In this document: in pieces, positions 1-10,254 of the stretch
Layout: each line of letters opens with the position of its first letter
How positions within the stretch are numbered: position 1 is the stretch's first letter
Assembly (NCBI RefSeq): GCF_965641715.1
Contig: NZ_OZ282453.1
Length of the DNA stretch: 64,000 nt
Direction: 5' to 3' (one strand)
From: Escherichia coli
GTDB taxonomy: Bacteria; Pseudomonadota; Gammaproteobacteria; Enterobacterales; Enterobacteriaceae
Notes under the pieces: generated by a model
The model's database searches: none
Told to the model about the DNA's origin: nothing
The model's input: only the letters and a program-made list of their open reading frames with translations
Program-made: the position numbers and the translations under genes

Positions 1-1303
1 CAAACCAGCGAATAAACCAGGCGAAACTGGCGACCGATTCAATCATCAGCAGAATCATGGCGGGCAGCAGGATCCAGTACTCCACTGACAACGCAAAACC
101 GGCAGCAAACAGCGGGAATTTACTGAAGAAGCCGTTGAACGGCGGTACGCCGGTAATCGCCAGCGCTGCCACGCAGAAACCCACGCCTGGCAACGGCAGG
201 GTGTGCAATACGCCACGCAGACGCGGCAACAAGCGCGTGCCGCAGCTGTAACTCAGCGCACCTGCTACAAGGAAAAACAGGCTTTTAGCGAACGCGTGGT
301 TGACGATGTAGGCGATGCTACCCTCCAGCGCCAGCCGCGAGCCGAAGATGGAGAGCGACAAGCCGAAGAACATCCAGCCAAGTTGAGTGATGGTCGACCA
401 GGCCAGCAACCGCTTCATATCCTGCTGTGGCAAATACATCAGAAATCCATAAAGAATGGTGACCAGGGCCATGACCATGCCAACGCCGCCAATCACATGC
501 GGGATATTGCCGCCGTCGATAATGGCGCGGGCAAAAATGTAAACGCCCACTTTCACCATCGATGCGGCGTGGAGATAGGCGCTGATCGGTGTTGGCGCTT
601 CCATTGCGTCCGGTAGCCACGCTTGCATCGGTAGCTGGGCCGATTTCCCCCACGCGGCAAACAGGATGCCGCCATAAACCAGATAACGTGCGTCGCCGTG
701 TAACTCGCTCATCGCGCTAAGCGCAAACGTTCCGGTCTGCAAAAACAGCGTGGCGGCGGCAAGATACAACCCCAACGAGCCGATATGAGTGATAAGTAAC
801 GCTTTTAGTGCTGAACGCTGTGCTTTATCGCTCTGGTAATAACTGATCAACGCCCAGGAGCAGCCGCCCGTAATTTCAAAAAACAACAACTGACCGAGCA
901 GCGTCGAGGAGAGTACCAGTCCCGCCATCGCGCCGATAAACACCAGCAAAAATGCGTAATAACGATTCGTGCCGTTATGCGGGTGTTCGCGATTTTTATC
1001 CGTCAGATAACCCGTGGAGTAGATCGTGACCAGCAAACCGAGAAACACCACCACAAACAGAATCAGCGTACTCACGCGATCAATGACCAGGCCAAACAAT
1101 GCCACATCCCCCACGTTGACCAACGTCAACGTGACGGCAACTTTATCGGCCTGATAAAACGCGGAGATCAGTGACAACATGCACAGCGTGGTCAGCGCGG
1201 CGAACAAAACCCCCCATTCGGCGGCCCGACGTTGTGGCGAAAACGAAACGACCAGTGCGCCGATAAAAGGCAGCATTAACGTCGTCAGAGCAAGATTTTC
1301 CAT
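1..1303 (-). CDS. hyfD: hydrogenase-4 membrane subunit HyfD; gene starts at 1303 and its 3' end runs off the window
   Basis: ATG at 1303-1301 on minus strand translating MENLALTT...; hydrophobic multi-pass frame continues to position 1; lies downstream of hyfC in the hyfABCD order. Confidence 0.75.
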   Translation of the reverse strand, partial: MENLALTTLMLPFIGALVVSFSPQRRAAEWGVLFAALTTLCMLSLISAFYQADKVAVTLTLVNVGDVALFGLVIDRVSTLILFVVVFLGLLVTIYSTGYLTDKNREHPHNGTNRYYAFLLVFIGAMAGLVLSSTLLGQLLFFEITGGCSWALISYYQSDKAQRSALKALLITHIGSLGLYLAAATLFLQTGTFALSAMSELHGDARYLVYGGILFAAWGKSAQLPMQAWLPDAMEAPTPISAYLHAASMVKVGVYIFARAIIDGGNIPHVIGGVGMVMALVTILYGFLMYLPQQDMKRLLAWSTITQLGWMFFGLSLSIFGSRLALEGSIAYIVNHAFAKSLFFLVAGALSYSCGTRLLPRLRGVLHTLPLPGVGFCVAALAITGVPPFNGFFSKFPLFAAGFALSVEYWILLPAMILLMIESVASFAWFIRWF

Positions 1304-1319
1304 ATTCCGTCAGTGCTCC

Positions 1320-2267
1320 TTACAGACCGGTTAACCAGAAGACCCATGCAAGCGCAGCAAGGCTGAAGCCAAGCCAGGTCACATGGTGAATGAGTAAAAA
1401 ACGCCCGCGTGCCAGCGTGTTTTCTGCGATTGAGGCCAGTACAAAAATCAGCAACACCTTGAGCAGCGTAACGACAAGTGAAGTCAGCAGGCAGGCGAGA
1501 GAAAGTTCTTGCGCGCGCCCAAAGGGCAGAAACAGGGCCACAAACAGTGCTGCCATCACGACCTGTTTCAGCCCCAGCCCCCATTTCGCCAGCGCCAGCC
1601 CGGCACCGGAATATTCTGTCAGCGGGCCTTCCTGTAATTCCTGTTCTGCTTCAGCAACATCAAAGGGAATTTTTCCCATCTCAATGAAGCAGGCAAAACC
1701 ACAGGCCAGTAACGCCAGTACGGTGGTTAGCGGCGAGTTCCAGCCCATCGCCAGCGTATTGCTGATCATCTCGATATGCGTGGAATCCGCTATCAGCGCC
1801 AATACCAGCAGTGAGAGAATGAGCATGGGTTCGACCAGAATGCCGAGCGTCAACTCGCGACTGGCACCGACTCCCGCAAACGGGCTTCCGGTATCCAGCC
1901 CTGAAAGAGCAAAGAAAAAACGAAACAGGGCAAGAAGATAGATAAGGGTGATCAGATCGCCGCCGCCCGCAAAAGGGGAAACGGTAATAAATAGTGGTAG
2001 GGCCATCGCCAGCACCAGCATGCTGCTGATTAATACCCACGGCATCAGGCGGAACATCAGACCTGAAGATATAGGCGCAACTTCCTGCCGTTTAAACAGT
2101 TTGTGGATATCGCGATAATCCTGCCAGATCCCCGGCCCGCGGCGGGAGTGCATACGCGCGCGTATCTGCCGGGAAATACCCGTAAAAAGCGGGGTTAGCA
2201 TCAGCAGAATCACGGCCTGTGCTAACGCAAAAATGACCAGATATCCGTCGCAAAGAGTTTGTCTCAT
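1320..2267 (-). CDS. hyfC: hydrogenase-4 membrane subunit HyfC (NuoH-like)
   Basis: ORF track 1320..2288 trimmed to internal Met (MRQTLCDGYLV...), 315 aa; start 10 nt downstream of the hyfB stop. Confidence 0.85.
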   Translation of the reverse strand: MRQTLCDGYLVIFALAQAVILLMLTPLFTGISRQIRARMHSRRGPGIWQDYRDIHKLFKRQEVAPISSGLMFRLMPWVLISSMLVLAMALPLFITVSPFAGGGDLITLIYLLALFRFFFALSGLDTGSPFAGVGASRELTLGILVEPMLILSLLVLALIADSTHIEMISNTLAMGWNSPLTTVLALLACGFACFIEMGKIPFDVAEAEQELQEGPLTEYSGAGLALAKWGLGLKQVVMAALFVALFLPFGRAQELSLACLLTSLVVTLLKVLLIFVLASIAENTLARGRFLLIHHVTWLGFSLAALAWVFWLTGL

Positions 2268-2277
2268 GGTGATTTCC

Positions 2278-4296
2278 TTAGACGGCAATAGCGATTAGCA
2301 GCACAACCAGTGCGGCAACCACATACAGGCAATAGAGACGAAAGTCGCCGCTTTGCAGATGCTGTATTTCTTTGGCCAGCCGTTGGGTGGCGCTCACGAT
2401 GGGGCGGATCACCCGCTCATCCCAGAAGGGTTCTGTGCTCTGAGCCCTGGCGGTGACGTGCGCAAGACCTTTATTTAGCCTCAGCGTAGGGTCGAGCTGT
2501 TGTCGTAGACGAAATAGCGCAGAGAAGACCACACGCAGCGGCTGCATCACGCCATTGCCTGACGGGGCCATCGCATTTTCCCAGCCGTAGCCGCATGCCC
2601 AGGCATCTCCTGTGCGACGAAACGCTGCGCGGCGCGAACGACACCACAGCCAGTAAAGGCCAGGCAGCAAAGGCATCGCCAGTAGTAACAGCAACAGTAA
2701 TGAGGGAGTGACCCGTGTATGAAACGTGCCGGGTACAAGTGCTATTCCGCTGGCGACAGTGACGGGAGGGGTATCGGTAAAGGCATGGGCAATATGCATT
2801 ATCTTCGGTGCCAGCCAACTGGCACTAAGCGCAATTAATACGCAGAGTGCCGCGAGCAGTAGCATGGCGACGATCATCGTATTTGGCACTTCCTGTGCCT
2901 CTTCAGCGTGTGTACTGCGCGGCGCACCACAGAAAGTAATACCGTACATTTTGACGAAGCACATTACTGCCAGCCCACCAGTGACTGCCAGCATCACCAT
3001 AGCAATAGGACCCGCAAGTTGTAGCGCTACGGCTTCCACACGACTTAGTGAGAACAGCGACTGCCAGGTGTACCATTCGCTGATAAAACCATTCAGCGGA
3101 GGAAGGGCTGATATCGCGAGGCAACCAATCAGGCATGCTGCGGCTGTCCACGGCATCCGTTTCGCCAGTGCCCCCATTTTTTCCATGTCGTGGGTATGCA
3201 AACGCGAAATAATCGCGCCCGCGCCGAGAAATAGCAGCCCTTTGAACAGCGCATGGTTGAGCAGATGAAACAGTGCGCCGAGCAGTCCAACCACGGTGAG
3301 CAGCGGGTCGTGCAGTGACAGACCGACCATCGCCACACCGACTGCCAGCAAAATAATGCCGACGTTTTCGACGGTACTCCAGGCCAGCAGCCGTTTGATA
3401 TCCTGTTCCGCCAGCGCATACAGCACGCCCAGGAGCGCGGAGATTGCGCCGATCGCCATCACCAGAATGCCCCACCACAGCGGCAAACCCGTTTGCGCCA
3501 GCAGATCCATCGCCACTTTCAGGATGCCGAAAATACCGATTTTGACCATTACGCCAGACATCAACGCCGAAGCGTGCGATGGTGCGGCAGGGTGAGCGCG
3601 CGGCAACCAGCTGTGCAACGGCATCATCCCGGCTTTCGCGCCAAAACCGAAAAAGGCCAGCAGGAACACCGCCGACGCCAGCCCCGGAGAAAGTGAAAGC
3701 GTGCGGAAACTGGCAAAATCGAGGCTGCCGCTTTCGCGCCCCATCAGCAAGAAGGCGATCATAATCAGCACCGATCCGGCGTGGGCGATAAAAAAGTAGA
3801 GCATGCCAGCGTTGATTGACGTTTTATCCTGCCTGGCAATGACCAGAAACCAGGAAGACAGCGACATCATTTCAAACAGCACGATGAACCAAAAAGCGTT
3901 GTCCATCACCAGCAGGGCAACCATCGATGCGATAAAAAGATTCATAAAGAAGCCCATCGCCGCCGCGCCTTTGCCCTCGTATTCGCGCATATAAGTCAAT
4001 GAATAGAGCGAACAAACCACCACAAGCAAGGAGATAACCAGCACCATAAATGCCGAGAGACTATCCATTCGCAGGGTTAAATCGGCAAAGTCAAAAGGGG
4101 TGGCAAAACGGGCGACTAAAGTTACGCCTGCATGTAATTGCGTAATTCCGCTGATGATGCCAATCACGCCGCCCACCAGCGATGTGATGGCGGAAAGCTT
4201 AATAGCCAGTCTGTCCAGACCGAGTAAAAACAGCGAAGCCAGACTGGCAAACAGATAGAGGATCAGCGACCAGGTTAATAATTGCAGGGCATCCAT
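2278..4296 (-). CDS. hyfB: hydrogenase-4 membrane subunit HyfB (NuoL-like antiporter family)
   Basis: 672-aa polytopic membrane ORF; start overlaps the hyfA stop at 4296. Confidence 0.85.
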   Translation of the reverse strand: MDALQLLTWSLILYLFASLASLFLLGLDRLAIKLSAITSLVGGVIGIISGITQLHAGVTLVARFATPFDFADLTLRMDSLSAFMVLVISLLVVVCSLYSLTYMREYEGKGAAAMGFFMNLFIASMVALLVMDNAFWFIVLFEMMSLSSWFLVIARQDKTSINAGMLYFFIAHAGSVLIMIAFLLMGRESGSLDFASFRTLSLSPGLASAVFLLAFFGFGAKAGMMPLHSWLPRAHPAAPSHASALMSGVMVKIGIFGILKVAMDLLAQTGLPLWWGILVMAIGAISALLGVLYALAEQDIKRLLAWSTVENVGIILLAVGVAMVGLSLHDPLLTVVGLLGALFHLLNHALFKGLLFLGAGAIISRLHTHDMEKMGALAKRMPWTAAACLIGCLAISALPPLNGFISEWYTWQSLFSLSRVEAVALQLAGPIAMVMLAVTGGLAVMCFVKMYGITFCGAPRSTHAEEAQEVPNTMIVAMLLLAALCVLIALSASWLAPKIMHIAHAFTDTPPVTVASGIALVPGTFHTRVTPSLLLLLLLAMPLLPGLYWLWCRSRRAAFRRTGDAWACGYGWENAMAPSGNGVMQPLRVVFSALFRLRQQLDPTLRLNKGLAHVTARAQSTEPFWDERVIRPIVSATQRLAKEIQHLQSGDFRLYCLYVVAALVVLLIAIAV

Positions 4297-4913
4297 TAGC
4301 GTTGCTCCTGAGTGAGGGAAAGGGGATCCTCCCCGCCATTGGCAAACCAGCTTGCGGCAAGGCGCTGTTTTTCTTTCATCTGACGTTGCAGGCTATCGTC
4401 GGTGATCAGCCGTAACGCCTGATTCGGGCAAGCGCGAACGCAGGCCGGACCTTGTGGCAAGAAATCACACAGGTCGCATTTCACCGCGACGGTCTGGACA
4501 CCCGGTTCCCAGCGCAGCAAAGCATGTTGTGTTGGCGCGTTTTCTTCGCCGTCTTTGAGTGAGCCCTCAGCCTGAAAAACATATTGCGCAGGGGCATTCA
4601 CCGGACGGCTTCCTGAAGCGCTGATTGCGCCAAATGGGCAGACTACGGCGCAAAGCTTGCAGCCAATACAGAGGCTTTCGTTGAGTTGGATCGCATCATC
4701 CCTCGGGGAGATGGCATTGACCGGGCAGACCTGCAGGCAAGGGGCTTCCTCACAGTGATGACACACGACAGGGGCAGTGAGTGTTGACGTCTTCGCCAGG
4801 GCCAGGCGCGGGTGTTGCTGTAAACCTTGCGTTTTATGCACGTCCGAACAGGCAGCGAGACAGGTATTACATCCTGTACACCACAGTGGTTCGGCCACCA
4901 CAAAGCGGTTCAT
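4296..4913 (-). CDS. hyfA: hydrogenase-4 ferredoxin-type 4Fe-4S subunit HyfA
   Basis: Repeated CxxCxxCxxxCP cysteine clusters; 205 aa from internal Met MNRFVVAEPLWC. Confidence 0.85.
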   Translation of the reverse strand: MNRFVVAEPLWCTGCNTCLAACSDVHKTQGLQQHPRLALAKTSTLTAPVVCHHCEEAPCLQVCPVNAISPRDDAIQLNESLCIGCKLCAVVCPFGAISASGSRPVNAPAQYVFQAEGSLKDGEENAPTQHALLRWEPGVQTVAVKCDLCDFLPQGPACVRACPNQALRLITDDSLQRQMKEKQRLAASWFANGGEDPLSLTQEQR

Positions 4914-5165
4914 GTCGGCTCCTTGAAAATGATATGAAACATTGCGTTTCATATTGCATAAAGGATGCCAGTCTGATTAATTTAATATATTCAATAAGTT
5001 ATGAATTAACTGGATTCTGAACGGTACAAAAATGATGGTCATTAACGTTCAGCAAAAAATGGATTCGACACCCGTGTCGCAGGGGAAAGTGAGAATGTGA
5101 TCTTGGTCACGAGAAGTGAGGTGTGCTGACCACAAGCGCAGCCAGCACGGAATGGAGCAAAGTAA

Positions 5166-5636
5166 TCAGGCGTGTTCTTTCAACCAGTTCAGCACAACGT
5201 CGTGGTGATTGCTGGTTTTGAAATCGTCAAAGACATGTTCGATTTTGCCATCAGCGTCAATCAGGAAGCTGATGCGATGAATACCATCGTAGGTTTTGCC
5301 CATGAAGGACTTTTCACCCCAGACGCCGAATTGTTCGCACACCTGGTGGTCCTCATCAGACAGGAGCGTAAAGTTAAGCAGCTCTTTTTCCGCAAAACGG
5401 GAGAGTTTTTCGGGTTTATCGGTGCTGATACCCAGCACATCAACGCCCGCTTTTTTCAACTCATCCATGTTATCGCGTAAGCCGCAGGCCTGTACGGTAC
5501 AGCCGGGGGTCATGGCTTTCGGGTAGAAATAAACCAGAACACGCTGTCCCTGGAAGTCGGTCAAATTAACTTGTTCTCCGTCTTGATCCGGCAAGCTAAA
5601 TTTCGGTGCGATATCACCGGCTTTCAGTGGATTCAT
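5166..5636 (-). CDS. bcp: thiol peroxidase Bcp (peroxiredoxin)
   Basis: 156 aa MNPLKAGDIAPKF...; peroxiredoxin PGCT motif. Confidence 0.9.
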   Translation of the reverse strand: MNPLKAGDIAPKFSLPDQDGEQVNLTDFQGQRVLVYFYPKAMTPGCTVQACGLRDNMDELKKAGVDVLGISTDKPEKLSRFAEKELLNFTLLSDEDHQVCEQFGVWGEKSFMGKTYDGIHRISFLIDADGKIEHVFDDFKTSNHHDVVLNWLKEHA

Positions 5637-6208
5637 TACTTAACTCCATCCTGTTCATCATGTTGGGAATAATTGACGACGTTAATACTGCCTTGTGCAT
5701 TGAGTTCTGTACATAGGGCTTTGAACGCTTGCTCAATATTTGCTGCGTCCGCAGATGCGGGGCTGTGGGCAGTAATCTGAATATGCAACTGCGCAGCCCG
5801 TTCATTTTCAGCAGGTTGTGTGCGCGACACCAGCTCCGCAATGTTCATATGATGCGTGTCGAAAAGTGCTGTGAAGCGTTCAATTAAATGCGGGGAGTCT
5901 GCCACATCGACCTGAACCCAGACAGATGCTGGCATTGGCGGACGCGGACGCGCCGTCGTGCGCTTCATCACGATTAAAAGATCCAGTTCGGCACCTTTCA
6001 ACGGTAACGTTGATTCAATCAGAGTAATGGCATTCCATGAACCGGAAAGCAGCATGATAAACGTGAACTCTTCTCCCAGCATCGCCAGGCGACTGTCTTC
6101 AATATTACAGCCGCAACTACTGACATGACGGGTGATGGTGTTCACAATTCCAGGGCGATCGGCACCCAACGCAGTGATCACCAGATAATGTTGCGATGAC
6201 AGTGTCAA
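5636..6208 (-). CDS. gcvR: glycine cleavage system transcriptional repressor GcvR
   Basis: 190 aa MTLSSQHYLVITALGADRPGIV...; start codon read as TTG at 6208-6206; stop overlaps the bcp start by 1 nt. Confidence 0.8.
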   Translation of the reverse strand: MTLSSQHYLVITALGADRPGIVNTITRHVSSCGCNIEDSRLAMLGEEFTFIMLLSGSWNAITLIESTLPLKGAELDLLIVMKRTTARPRPPMPASVWVQVDVADSPHLIERFTALFDTHHMNIAELVSRTQPAENERAAQLHIQITAHSPASADAANIEQAFKALCTELNAQGSINVVNYSQHDEQDGVK

Positions 6209-6353
6209 ACTGGTTATTCCTTTAAGGGGTGAGTTGTTCTTAAGGAAAGCATAAAAAAAACATGCATACAACAATCAGAACGGTTCTGTCTGCTTGCTTT
6301 TAATGCCATACCAAACGTACCATTGAGACACTTGTTTGCACAGAGGATGGCCC

Positions 6354-7232
6354 ATGTTCACGGGAAGTATTGTCGCGATTGTTACTCCGATGGATGAAAA
6401 AGGTAATGTCTGTCGGGCTAGCTTGAAAAAACTGATTGATTATCATGTCGCCAGCGGTACTTCGGCGATCGTTTCTGTTGGCACCACTGGCGAGTCCGCT
6501 ACCTTAAATCATGACGAACATGCTGATGTGGTGATGATGACGCTGGAGCTGGCTGACGGGCGCATTCCGGTGATTGCCGGGACCGGTGCTAACGCTACTG
6601 CGGAAGCCATTAGCCTGACGCAGCGCTTCAATGACAGTGGTATCGTCGGCTGCCTGACGGTAACCCCTTACTACAATCGTCCGTCGCAAGAAGGTTTGTA
6701 TCAGCATTTCAAAGCCATCGCTGAGCATACTGACCTGCCGCAAATTCTGTATAATGTGCCGTCCCGTACTGGCTGCGATCTGCTCCCGGAAACGGTGGGC
6801 CGTCTGGCGAAAGTAAAAAATATTATCGGAATCAAAGAGGCAACAGGGAACTTAACGCGTGTAAACCAGATCAAAGAGCTGGTTTCAGATGATTTTGTTC
6901 TGCTGAGCGGCGATGATGCGAGCGCGCTGGACTTCATGCAATTAGGCGGTCATGGGGTTATTTCCGTTACGGCTAACGTCGCAGCGCGTGATATGGCCCA
7001 GATGTGCAAACTGGCAGCAGAAGGGCATTTTGCCGAGGCACGCGTTATTAATCAGCGTCTGATGCCATTACACAACAAACTATTTGTCGAACCCAATCCA
7101 ATCCCGGTGAAATGGGCATGTAAGGAACTGGGTCTTGTGGCGACCGATACGCTGCGCCTGCCAATGACACCAATCACCGACAGTGGTCGTGAGACGGTCA
7201 GAGCGGCGCTTAAGCATGCCGGTTTGCTGTAA
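6354..7232 (+). CDS. dapA: 4-hydroxy-tetrahydrodipicolinate synthase
   Basis: 292 aa [17 protein letters not shown]... Confidence 0.9.
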   Translation: MFTGSIVAIVTPMDEKGNVCRASLKKLIDYHVASGTSAIVSVGTTGESATLNHDEHADVVMMTLELADGRIPVIAGTGANATAEAISLTQRFNDSGIVGCLTVTPYYNRPSQEGLYQHFKAIAEHTDLPQILYNVPSRTGCDLLPETVGRLAKVKNIIGIKEATGNLTRVNQIKELVSDDFVLLSGDDASALDFMQLGGHGVISVTANVAARDMAQMCKLAAEGHFAEARVINQRLMPLHNKLFVEPNPIPVKWACKELGLVATDTLRLPMTPITDSGRETVRAALKHAGLL

Positions 7233-7248
7233 AGTTTAGGGAGATTTG

Positions 7249-8283
7249 ATGGCTTACTCTGTTCAAAAGTCGCGCCTGGCAAAGGTTGCGGGTGTTTCGC
7301 TTGTTTTATTACTCGCTGCCTGTAGTTCTGACTCACGCTATAAGCGTCAGGTCAGTGGTGATGAAGCCTACCTGGAAGCGGCACCGCTTGCGGAGCTTCA
7401 TGCCCCGGCTGGAATGATTTTGCCGGTGACCTCCGGTGATTATGCAATCCCGGTGACCAACGGTAGTGGTGCTGTCGGTAAGGCGCTGGACATTCGTCCA
7501 CCAGCCCAGCCGCTGGCACTGGTTTCTGGCGCGCGTACCCAGTTCACGGGCGATACCGCTTCATTGCTGGTGGAAAATGGTCGTGGCAATACTCTGTGGC
7601 CGCAGGTGGTTAGCGTGCTGCAGGCGAAAAACTACACCATCACCCAACGTGATGATGCTGGTCAGACACTGACCACCGATTGGGTACAATGGAACCGTCT
7701 GGACGAAGACGAGCAGTATCGTGGTCGTTATCAAATCTCTGTTAAGCCGCAGGGTTATCAGCAGGCGGTTACGGTTAAACTGCTGAACCTGGAACAGGCG
7801 GGCAAACCGGTTGCAGACGCGGCTTCCATGCAGCGTTACAGCACGGAGATGATGAACGTTATTTCCGCCGGTCTGGATAAATCTGCCACTGACGCCGCGA
7901 ACGCTGCGCAAAATCGTGCCTCCACCACTATGGACGTACAAAGTGCAGCTGATGACACCGGTTTACCAATGCTGGTCGTACGCGGGCCGTTCAATGTGGT
8001 TTGGCAACGTCTGCCAGCGGCGCTGGAAAAAGTGGGCATGAAAGTGACCGACAGCACCCGTTCGCAGGGCAACATGGCCGTAACTTATAAGCCGCTGTCT
8101 GACAGCGACTGGCAGGAACTGGGCGCGAGCGATCCAGGCCTGGCATCCGGTGACTATAAACTGCAGGTTGGCGATTTAGATAACCGCAGCAGCCTACAGT
8201 TCATCGATCCGAAAGGTCATACTCTGACTCAGAGTCAGAACGACGCGCTGGTAGCTGTCTTCCAGGCTGCGTTTAGCAAGTAA
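7249..8283 (+). CDS. bamC: outer membrane protein assembly factor BamC (NlpB lipoprotein)
   Basis: 344 aa with lipoprotein signal ...LLAACSS; immediately downstream of dapA. Confidence 0.9.
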
Positions 8284-8290
8284 AAATACA

Positions 8291-8320
8291 GGGCTGGAAT
8301 CATCCGGCCCTTTTTTCTGA
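8291..8320 (+). terminator. rho-independent terminator after bamC
   Basis: GC hairpin agggctgg...ccggccct followed by a T tract. Confidence 0.5.
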
Positions 8321-8387
8321 TATGATACGCAAACGTGTGCGTCGGCAGGAAAACGCGATTTTAGCGGTAATTCGCACGAAATTTGTT

Positions 8388-8432
<45 letters not shown>

Positions 8433-8495
8433 ACATCCGGCACACCAGACAGCAAAAGATTTTAAAACGTTAATTCACACCCAGGAGTGATAAAG

Positions 8496-9209
8496 ATGCA
8501 AAAGCAAGCTGAGTTGTATCGTGGTAAAGCGAAAACCGTATACAGCACGGAAAACCCGGACCTGTTGGTGCTCGAATTCCGCAATGATACGTCAGCAGGG
8601 GATGGCGCGCGCATTGAGCAGTTTGATCGCAAAGGTATGGTGAACAACAAGTTCAACTACTTCATTATGAGCAAACTGGCTGAAGCGGGTATCCCGACTC
8701 AAATGGAGCGTCTGCTCTCCGATACCGAATGTCTGGTGAAAAAGCTGGATATGGTACCGGTTGAGTGTGTCGTGCGTAACCGTGCTGCGGGCTCTCTGGT
8801 GAAACGTCTTGGAATCGAAGAAGGTATTGAGCTGAACCCGCCGCTGTTCGATCTGTTCCTGAAAAACGACGCCATGCACGATCCGATGGTCAACGAATCT
8901 TACTGCGAAACCTTTGGCTGGGTGAGCAAAGAGAACCTGGCGCGTATGAAAGAGCTGACCTACAAAGCGAACGACGTGCTGAAAAAACTGTTCGATGATG
9001 CTGGTCTGATTCTGGTCGACTTCAAGCTGGAATTTGGTCTGTACAAAGGCGAAGTGGTACTGGGTGATGAGTTCTCCCCGGACGGTAGCCGCCTGTGGGA
9101 CAAAGAAACACTGGAGAAAATGGACAAAGACCGTTTCCGCCAGAGCCTCGGTGGCCTGATCGAGGCCTATGAAGCCGTCGCCCGCCGCCTGGGTGTACAG
9201 CTGGACTGA
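8496..9209 (+). CDS. purC: phosphoribosylaminoimidazole-succinocarboxamide synthase
   Basis: 237 aa [18 protein letters not shown]... Confidence 0.9.
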
Positions 9210-9376
9210 TTTTTCTGTTCATCATCTTGCCGTGCTGCTGGCACGGCAAGACAACCATTCTCGTAAGATGTGCAATGAACGCTCATTCCTCCGCCATTTC
9301 ATCCCGCTTTCCTGTGGTAATCTTCCTCTGAACCACCTACGATCATTTCTATAATGAATATATTGTTGAGGTATCT

Positions 9377-10240
9377 ATGCGTTGGCAAGGGCGACGTGAA
9401 AGTGACAATGTTGAAGACAGGCGCAACAGCTCTGGTGGTCCGTCTATGGGCGGTCCCGGTTTTCGCCTGCCGAGCGGTAAAGGCGGGCTGATTTTACTGA
9501 TAGTCGTGCTGGTTGCAGGCTACTATGGCGTTGATTTAACCGGGTTGATGACCGGACAGCCGGTTTCCCAACAGCAATCAACGCGGTCAATTAGCCCAAA
9601 TGAAGACGAAGCCGCAAAATTCACCTCGGTGATTCTGGCAACTACGGAAGACACCTGGGGACAGCAGTTCGAGAAGATGGGTAAAACCTATCAGCAACCG
9701 AAGCTGGTCATGTACCGTGGAATGACGCGTACCGGCTGCGGGGCGGGCCAGTCCATAATGGGGCCATTCTATTGCCCGGCGGATGGCACGGTTTATATCG
9801 ATCTCTCCTTCTATGATGACATGAAAGACAAACTTGGCGCGGATGGCGATTTTGCCCAGGGGTACGTTATCGCCCATGAAGTCGGTCATCATGTGCAGAA
9901 ACTGTTAGGCATCGAGCCGAAAGTTCGTCAACTGCAACAAAACGCGACGCAGGCGGAAGTGAACCGCTTATCTGTGCGTATGGAACTCCAGGCCGACTGT
10001 TTTGCCGGTGTCTGGGGGCATAGTATGCAGCAGCAAGGCGTTCTGGAAACCGGCGATCTGGAAGAGGCGCTGAACGCGGCGCAGGCCATCGGCGATGACC
10101 GTTTACAACAGCAAAGTCAGGGGCGAGTAGTACCAGACAGTTTCACTCATGGCACTTCTCAGCAACGCTACAGCTGGTTTAAACGTGGTTTCGACAGCGG
10201 CGATCCGGCACAATGCAATACTTTTGGTAAAAGCATTTAA
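9377..10240 (+). CDS. ypfJ: putative zinc metalloprotease-like protein YpfJ
   Basis: 287 aa with HEVGHH zinc-binding motif and an N-terminal hydrophobic segment. Confidence 0.8.
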
Positions 10241-10254
10241 CTTCCGGGGCAGGG

